From a virus, in the UHGV virus genome UHGV-0041589: a stretch of DNA of 20,735 bases, one strand, 5' to 3'. Under the pieces are notes generated by a model, which did no database searches, was not told the DNA's origin, and was given only the letters and a program-made list of their open reading frames with translations. The position numbers and the translations under genes are program-made. This document shows, in pieces, positions 16,307-20,735 of this stretch (its first letter is position 1; every line of letters starts with the position of its first letter).

Positions 16307-16648
16307 ATGGCTCTGATCAGCGTTCGCAACAGATTTGAAAGCTTCATGGAACAGAGGTACCCAGACCTGTCGTTGCAGGTCAAAGGTAATATTAGCGCAT
16401 CAATGAAGGCTCAACTTGGCATCAGGATTGAACGAGAATTGTACAGTGAAGATGTTACTTACTGTGATTCAGCAGTTCAGTTGATGTGGACACTCTTTCA
16501 GGCAGGTGTTCTGGCCGAACGAAGAGCTACCAGCGTTACGCTTCCTGCGCTGAAGGCAAAGCCGGATAGCTTCTACGATGCGGGTTATAACGAAGGTATT
16601 CAGGACTGTCGTAAACATCTGACGGCATCAGGCATCAAGGTAAGATAA
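16307..16648 (+). CDS. Hypothetical protein (113 aa) immediately downstream of Q
   Basis: ATG with AAGGGA RBS, 31 nt after the Q stop; followed by a terminator. No motif recognised. Confidence 0.55.
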   Translation: MALISVRNRFESFMEQRYPDLSLQVKGNISASMKAQLGIRIERELYSEDVTYCDSAVQLMWTLFQAGVLAERRATSVTLPALKAKPDSFYDAGYNEGIQDCRKHLTASGIKVR

Positions 16649-16715
16649 AAAATAGTTGTGGAATTCCAAAAAGCCGATTAGCCTGATATCCGTTGAAAAC
16701 AGTTCATCACGAAGA

Positions 16716-16739
16716 GGCTTCCGCAAGGGGGCCTTTTTT
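16716..16739 (+). terminator. Rho-independent terminator (GNRA tetraloop hairpin + T6)
   Basis: GGCUUCC-GCAA-GGGGGCC (7-bp stem incl. two G-U pairs, GCAA loop) followed by TTTTTT at 16734-16739. A second GC-rich segment + T6 follows at about 16808-16817. Confidence 0.6.
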
Positions 16740-16894
16740 ATTGCCCCATTCTGGGGAAAAGTTAATAAAACAGGGCTTTCGCTGCGAAAAAACGCTATGC
16801 AGTTTTTGCCCTTTTTTATGCACCTTTTATTCACTCGAATTTCGTCATTCTGGACCACTTAAGTTGATTAAATAGGCCTTTCATCGCAAATCTA

Positions 16895-16925
16895 TTGCGA
16901 GCGGGGATCGTGTGGTTCCTATAAC
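16895..16925 (+). promoter_or_regulatory. Candidate late promoter (PR'-like)
   Basis: -35-like TTGCGA (16895-16900), about 19-nt spacer, -10-like TATAAC (16920-16925). Placed upstream of a strong terminator and the lysis genes, as in lambdoid late regions. Sequence evidence alone is weak. Confidence 0.25.
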
Positions 16926-16969
16926 ATACATTATGTTAAATAACCTCCTTTTTTAACAAATTTAACAAG

Positions 16970-16992
16970 GTTCGCTATGGCGAACTTTTTTT
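16970..16992 (+). terminator. Rho-independent terminator (tR'-like) upstream of the lysis cassette
   Basis: Perfect 6-bp stem GTTCGC/GCGAAC with TATG loop followed by T7 (16986-16992). Lies about 100 nt upstream of the holin start. Confidence 0.65.
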
Positions 16993-17093
16993 GTATTCAG
17001 GGCCCACCGAAGGACGGCTCATAACCCAATCCTACGGGCGTATACGCAGGGCCCGCCTTTCAACAACACCCCGTAATGGCGGAGGTGGGAAGT

Positions 17094-17469
17094 ATGAAAA
17101 TGCACAATGCTCCTCATTCCTGGCCTGACTTACTGGAACTCTTACAAAGTTGGTGGCGTGGAGATACGCCGTTGGGCGCAGTGGTTATGTCAATTGTTAT
17201 GGCTGGTTTGCGCATTGCCTATTTTGGCGGTGGCGGCGGCTGGAAACGAAAAACGCTTGAGATTTTGCTCTGTGGTGCTCTGACGCTGACCTTTGCATCC
17301 GCTCTTGAGTATGTTGGATGGCCTAAATCGCTTTCTGTTGCCATTGGTGGTGGTGTTGGGCTGATCGGTGTCGATGCTATTCGTGGGGCTGNNNNNNNNN
17401 NNNNNNNNNNNNNTTCGTGGGGCTGCAATGCGAGTAATCGGTAACAAGTTTGGTGGCTCTAAGGAGTAA
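17094..17469 (+). CDS. S: Class I holin, lambda S-like, with dual-start motif (Met-Lys-Met); frame interrupted by N-run 17392-17413
   Basis: GGAGG (17081-17085) 8 nt upstream of ATG-AAA-ATG (17094-17102). Segments LRIAYFGGGGGWKRKTLEI and IGLIGVDAIRGA parallel lambda S. The 3' end (…AAMRVIGNKFGGSKE, stop TAA 17467-17469) assumes the duplicated 12-mer TTCGTGGGGCTG either side of the gap is an overlap; the ORF track instead gives a stop at 17444 in the as-written frame. Confidence 0.65.
17392..17413. other. Assembly gap: 22 N flanked by an identical 12-mer (17380-17391 and 17414-17425)
   Basis: The duplicated TTCGTGGGGCTG on both sides suggests two contig ends that actually overlap; collapsing them restores one continuous holin frame. 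Confidence 0.8.
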
Positions 17470-17472
17470 TTC

Positions 17473-17949
17473 ATGCAGACACTAAATTCCCAACGTAAAG
17501 CTTTCCTGGATATGGTGGCATGGTCAGAAGGAACGGATAACGGGCGACAACCGACACGTAATCACGGTTATGACGTTATTGTCGGAGGTGAGTTGTTCAC
17601 TGATTACTCCGATCACCCTCGCAAACTTGTCACGCTAAACCCGAAGCTTAAATCAACAGCCGCAGGCCGGTATCAGCTTCTTTCACGCTGGTGGGATGCC
17701 TACCGTAAGCAGCTTGGCCTGAAAGATTTTTCGCCAGAAAGTCAGGACGCTGTGGCGCTGCAGCAGATTAAAGAGCGTGGCGCTTTACCGATGATTGACC
17801 GTGGCGATATTCGTCAGGCAATCGACCGTTGCAGCAATATCTGGGCGTCGTTACCTGGTGCAGGTTACGGTCAGTATGAACATAAAATCGGTGACCTGAT
17901 TTCCAGGTTTAAAGATGCTGGTGGGGTGGTAAATGAAGCTGACTTATAA
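17473..17949 (+). CDS. R: Endolysin, lambda R-type lytic transglycosylase
   Basis: 158 aa; QRKAFLDM.AWSEGTDNGRQ.TRNHGYDVIVGGELFTDYSDHPRKLVTLNPKLKST.AGRYQLLSRWWDAYRKQLGLKDF is near-identical to phage lambda R as I recall it. AAGGAG RBS 6 nt upstream. Confidence 0.95.
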   Translation: MQTLNSQRKAFLDMVAWSEGTDNGRQPTRNHGYDVIVGGELFTDYSDHPRKLVTLNPKLKSTAAGRYQLLSRWWDAYRKQLGLKDFSPESQDAVALQQIKERGALPMIDRGDIRQAIDRCSNIWASLPGAGYGQYEHKIGDLISRFKDAGGVVNEADL

Positions 17950-18457
17950 GATTGTCATCGCGGCATTTTTCTTCTCTGCCTTTGGGGCGCTCGTCTGGTC
18001 TGCAAACCATTACCACAGCAAGTATCAGGCAGAAAAGTTGCGGGCTGATAAAGCGGAAGGTGAAGCTGAATATCAAGGGAAAGTGATAGCTAATCAGGCA
18101 TTAAACTTCAATCGTTTTAACCAGATAGCAGAAAACGCAAGCCGATTAAATTCTCTGGTCGACATCGGTCACGAGAAGACAGTCATCAAATACCGTGAGG
18201 TTCTGCTCCGTGAAAAGAACTGTGATTTCCCTGTTCCTGTTGATATTGCTGTCGGGTTGCTCAACTACGCGAACCGTTTACGCGCCAGCGCATTGCACGC
18301 CGATTCCGGGGACATTGACTCAGCCGGTGATCGTGCCACTACCCCCAGAACGTTGACATATTGCCAGGCTGTTCTGTGGATTAACCCACTGTTGGCAGCC
18401 ATCGAGAAGGCGAATAACCAGTTGGCTGGTGTCCGACAAATAGAACAGTCCCGGTAA
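17933..18457 (+). CDS. Rz: Rz-like inner-membrane spanin (i-spanin)
   Basis: 174 aa; N-terminal TM IVIAAFFFSAFGALVW followed by a charged helical periplasmic region; start overlaps the endolysin 3' end; position after the endolysin. Confidence 0.8.
   Translation: MKLTYKIVIAAFFFSAFGALVWSANHYHSKYQAEKLRADKAEGEAEYQGKVIANQALNFNRFNQIAENASRLNSLVDIGHEKTVIKYREVLLREKNCDFPVPVDIAVGLLNYANRLRASALHADSGDIDSAGDRATTPRTLTYCQAVLWINPLLAAIEKANNQLAGVRQIEQSR
18210..18356 (+). CDS. Rz1: Rz1-like outer-membrane lipoprotein spanin (o-spanin), embedded in the +1 frame of Rz; absent from the ORF track
   Basis: GTG start with GAGG 9 nt upstream. Translation MKRTVISLFLLILLSGCSTTRTVYAPAHCTPIPGTLTQPVIVPLPPER (48 aa): lipoprotein signal peptide with lipobox LLSG|C, Pro-rich mature part, stop TGA 18354-18356, entirely inside Rz. 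Confidence 0.75.
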   Translation: MKRTVISLFLLILLSGCSTTRTVYAPAHCTPIPGTLTQPVIVPLPPER

Positions 18458-18518
18458 TAGCATTACAGAAGCTCTTCCAGGAGGGGCTTCGATAATGACC
18501 TGATAACTGGAAAATAAA

Positions 18519-19091
18519 ATGACTAAGAAGCTGAAAGCAAAACACGAGGTGTTTTGTCGCGAGTTTCTTGTCGATCTGAATGCTACACAAGCAGCTATTC
18601 GCGCAGGCTACGCCTCCAGGCGAGCACATGTTACGGGGGCTGAACTATACGGTAAACCTGAGATACGCGCCCGCATCAACGAGCTAAAGCAGGAGCGTAT
18701 TGATCAACTGGGCATTGATGCGAATTATGTGCTGATGCGACTGGTTGAGATCGACAGGCTCGATGTGGCTGACATCCTGGAGGACGATTTAAGTATTAAG
18801 CCTCTGTCTGCGTGGCCGGAATCGTGGCGTCGGTACCTGAGTGGATTTAACCTCGCTGAAATGTTTGAGGGGCGAGGAGATGACAGAGAAATGGTCGGGA
18901 TCCTTAAAAAGATTAAGTGGCCTGATAAGGTTAAAAACCTTGAGTTGCTTGGGCGTCATGTTTCTGTTCAGGCGTTTAAAGACAACGTCAAAAATGAAGT
19001 GACTGGCGCTGATGGAGGACCAGTCAGAACAGAAATTACCAACTTAACGCCGGAGCAGGCTGCAGAGGCGTATAGAAAAATGATGGGCTAA
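18519..19091 (+). CDS. terS: Terminase small subunit
   Basis: 190 aa; N-terminal [25 protein letters not shown] matches the small-terminase pattern; immediately upstream of the large subunit. Confidence 0.8.
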   Translation: MTKKLKAKHEVFCREFLVDLNATQAAIRAGYASRRAHVTGAELYGKPEIRARINELKQERIDQLGIDANYVLMRLVEIDRLDVADILEDDLSIKPLSAWPESWRRYLSGFNLAEMFEGRGDDREMVGILKKIKWPDKVKNLELLGRHVSVQAFKDNVKNEVTGADGGPVRTEITNLTPEQAAEAYRKMMG

Positions 19092-19093
19092 GT

Positions 19094-20716
19094 ATGCCGT
19101 TACCATTCCCCTTCGATTTTAAACATCCTGATTACCAGATGGTTTTTGAATGGCGGATGGAACGCCTACAGCGCATTCGCCAGAATCCTGAAATATTGCC
19201 TGCACTAAAACAGTTTTACCGAACCAATCCGGCTCAGTTCATCATCGACTGGGGCATGACAACGGACCCGCGTAATATTGATTATGGCCTGCCGGTGACC
19301 ATTCCGTTTTTACTCTTCCCTAAGCAGGAGGAGTGGATCTACTGGATTATGGAACGCTGGGGCAATCGGGAGAATGGTATTACCGAAAAATCCCGTGAAA
19401 TGGGGCTCAGTTGGACCGCGATCGGACTGGCCTGCTCGCTTTGTCTCTTCAACAAAGAAATGGTTATCGGTTTCGGCTCCCGTAAAGAGGAATACGTCGA
19501 CAGCACCGGTGACCCGAAAGCATTGTTCTGGAAGGCGCGCAAGTTCGTGGAAACACTGCCTGTAGAGTTTCGCGGTTCGTGGAGCGAGAAGAAGCACGCG
19601 CCATATATGCGTGTTGAGTTTCCTGAAACTGGTGCCGTTATCAAAGGCGAGGCTGGCGATAATATTGGTCGTGGTGACCGTACCACGCTTTATCTGGTTG
19701 ATGAGGCTGCATTCCTTCAGCGTCCTCTGCTGATTGATGCGGCGTTGTCACAAACGACGCGTTGCCGTATCGACCTGAGTTCAGTTAACGGCATGGCTAA
19801 CCCGTTCGCTCAGAAGCGTCATGGCGGGAAGATACCGGTATTCACATTCCACTGGCGGGATGATCCTCGCAAGGATGAAGAGTGGTATCGCAGGGAATGC
19901 GAGAAAATCGATAATCCGGTGGTGGTGGCACAGGAACTTGATCTGAACTACAGCGCATCAGCGGAAGGCGTCCTGATTCCATCCGAATGGGTACAGGCTG
20001 CCGTTGATGCGCATATCAAACTGGGTATCCAGCCAACAGGCAAACGACTTGGCGCGATGGATGTCGCCGACGAAGGCAGGGACAAAAATGCCTTTTCCAC
20101 CCGTCATGGCTTCCTCCTGGAAAATGTGCGGGAATGGTCCGGTGTGGGCAGCGACATTTATCAGTCCGTCGAGAATGTTTTCGGCTTTTGCGAACAGGAC
20201 AACCTCGAAGAGTTTCGCTTTGACGAGGACGGGCTGGGCGCTGGCGTTCGCGGCGATGCACGCGCTATCAACGAACTGCGTAACGCTGCGCGTCGACCGT
20301 CAATACTTGCCACACCGTTTCGAGGTAGTGGCGCGGTATTTGATCCGGATGATGAAGCTGTTCGCGGGGACAACGGGCAAGCCGCACGTCTGAACAAGGA
20401 CTTCTTCGCTAACGCCAAAGCCCAGAGCTGGTGGCGGTTACGTAAACTTTTTCAGAATACCTGGCGCGCCGTGGTTGAAGGTATGGCTTACAACCCGGAC
20501 GAAATCATCTCAATCAGCAGTAGCATGGCACTCAAAGATAAACTCATCATCGAGCTTTCGCAGCCGACCTATTCCATTAATGGTGTGGGAAAAATAGTTA
20601 TTGATAAACAGCCTGATGGAACCCGATCGCCAAACCTTGCCGACTCGGTGATGATCAACTATGCCCCAATGAATTCAGCCCTGAACATCTGGGAGCTGCT
20701 AGGGAGACAGGCCTGA
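19094..20716 (+). CDS. terL: Terminase large subunit
   Basis: 540 aa; ATPase region with Walker-B-like LYLVDEAAF; size and position after terS; C-terminal nuclease-domain-sized region. Confidence 0.85.
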   Translation: MPLPFPFDFKHPDYQMVFEWRMERLQRIRQNPEILPALKQFYRTNPAQFIIDWGMTTDPRNIDYGLPVTIPFLLFPKQEEWIYWIMERWGNRENGITEKSREMGLSWTAIGLACSLCLFNKEMVIGFGSRKEEYVDSTGDPKALFWKARKFVETLPVEFRGSWSEKKHAPYMRVEFPETGAVIKGEAGDNIGRGDRTTLYLVDEAAFLQRPLLIDAALSQTTRCRIDLSSVNGMANPFAQKRHGGKIPVFTFHWRDDPRKDEEWYRRECEKIDNPVVVAQELDLNYSASAEGVLIPSEWVQAAVDAHIKLGIQPTGKRLGAMDVADEGRDKNAFSTRHGFLLENVREWSGVGSDIYQSVENVFGFCEQDNLEEFRFDEDGLGAGVRGDARAINELRNAARRPSILATPFRGSGAVFDPDDEAVRGDNGQAARLNKDFFANAKAQSWWRLRKLFQNTWRAVVEGMAYNPDEIISISSSMALKDKLIIELSQPTYSINGVGKIVIDKQPDGTRSPNLADSVMINYAPMNSALNIWELLGRQA

Positions 20717-20735
20717 TGGCACGAAACAAACAAGC
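20716..20735 (+). CDS. Start of next late gene (truncated at window end; likely portal by position)
   Basis: ATG 20716 overlaps the terL stop (TGATG); only 20 nt are in the window, so the product is inferred from gene order only. Confidence 0.3.

Noticed and set aside
16656-16875. ORFs 16656..16862 and 16693..16875 (+) in the late regulatory region
   Set aside because: TTG starts without an RBS, and the reading frames run straight through two T-tract terminator hairpins; judged spurious.
17190-17474. Minus-strand ORFs overlapping the holin and spanning the N-run
   Set aside because: They translate through the Ns and are antisense to a well-supported holin gene.

Overview
The window reads as a mosaic lambdoid temperate phage (or prophage) from an enterobacterial host, with almost no non-phage sequence. 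Left to right: a tyrosine integrase (+) converging on an AlpA-like excisionase (-); a long leftward operon (about 11.8 kb down to 1.6 kb, many ATGA/TGATG start-stop overlaps) carrying a small membrane protein, a 300-aa unknown, a DUF2800 Cas4-like nuclease, a DUF2815 SSB-like protein, a family-A DNA polymerase, two small proteins, an amino-methyltransferase, a VRR-NUC nuclease, a C5-cytosine methyltransferase and an SNF2 helicase; an immunity switch (LexA-like S24 repressor divergent from a Cro-like HTH); a rightward operon with a prim-pol/VirE-type primase, an iteron + (AT)n + DnaA-box candidate origin, and a Q-type antiterminator; then a terminator-rich late regulatory region, a lambda-like lysis cassette (S holin, R transglycosylase, Rz with embedded Rz1) and terminase small and large subunits. 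Two N-runs (979-1091 and 17392-17413) interrupt the integrase and the holin and look like assembly artefacts. I do not see a clearly recognisable novel system. The best candidates for undescribed biology are the AT-rich accessory genes that break operon polarity: a 2-TM membrane protein convergent with a 222-aa unknown between PolA and DUF2815, and an antisense 106-aa moron between the helicase and the C5-methyltransferase. All family assignments are from motif recall, not database searches; GC and codon-usage statements are by eye.
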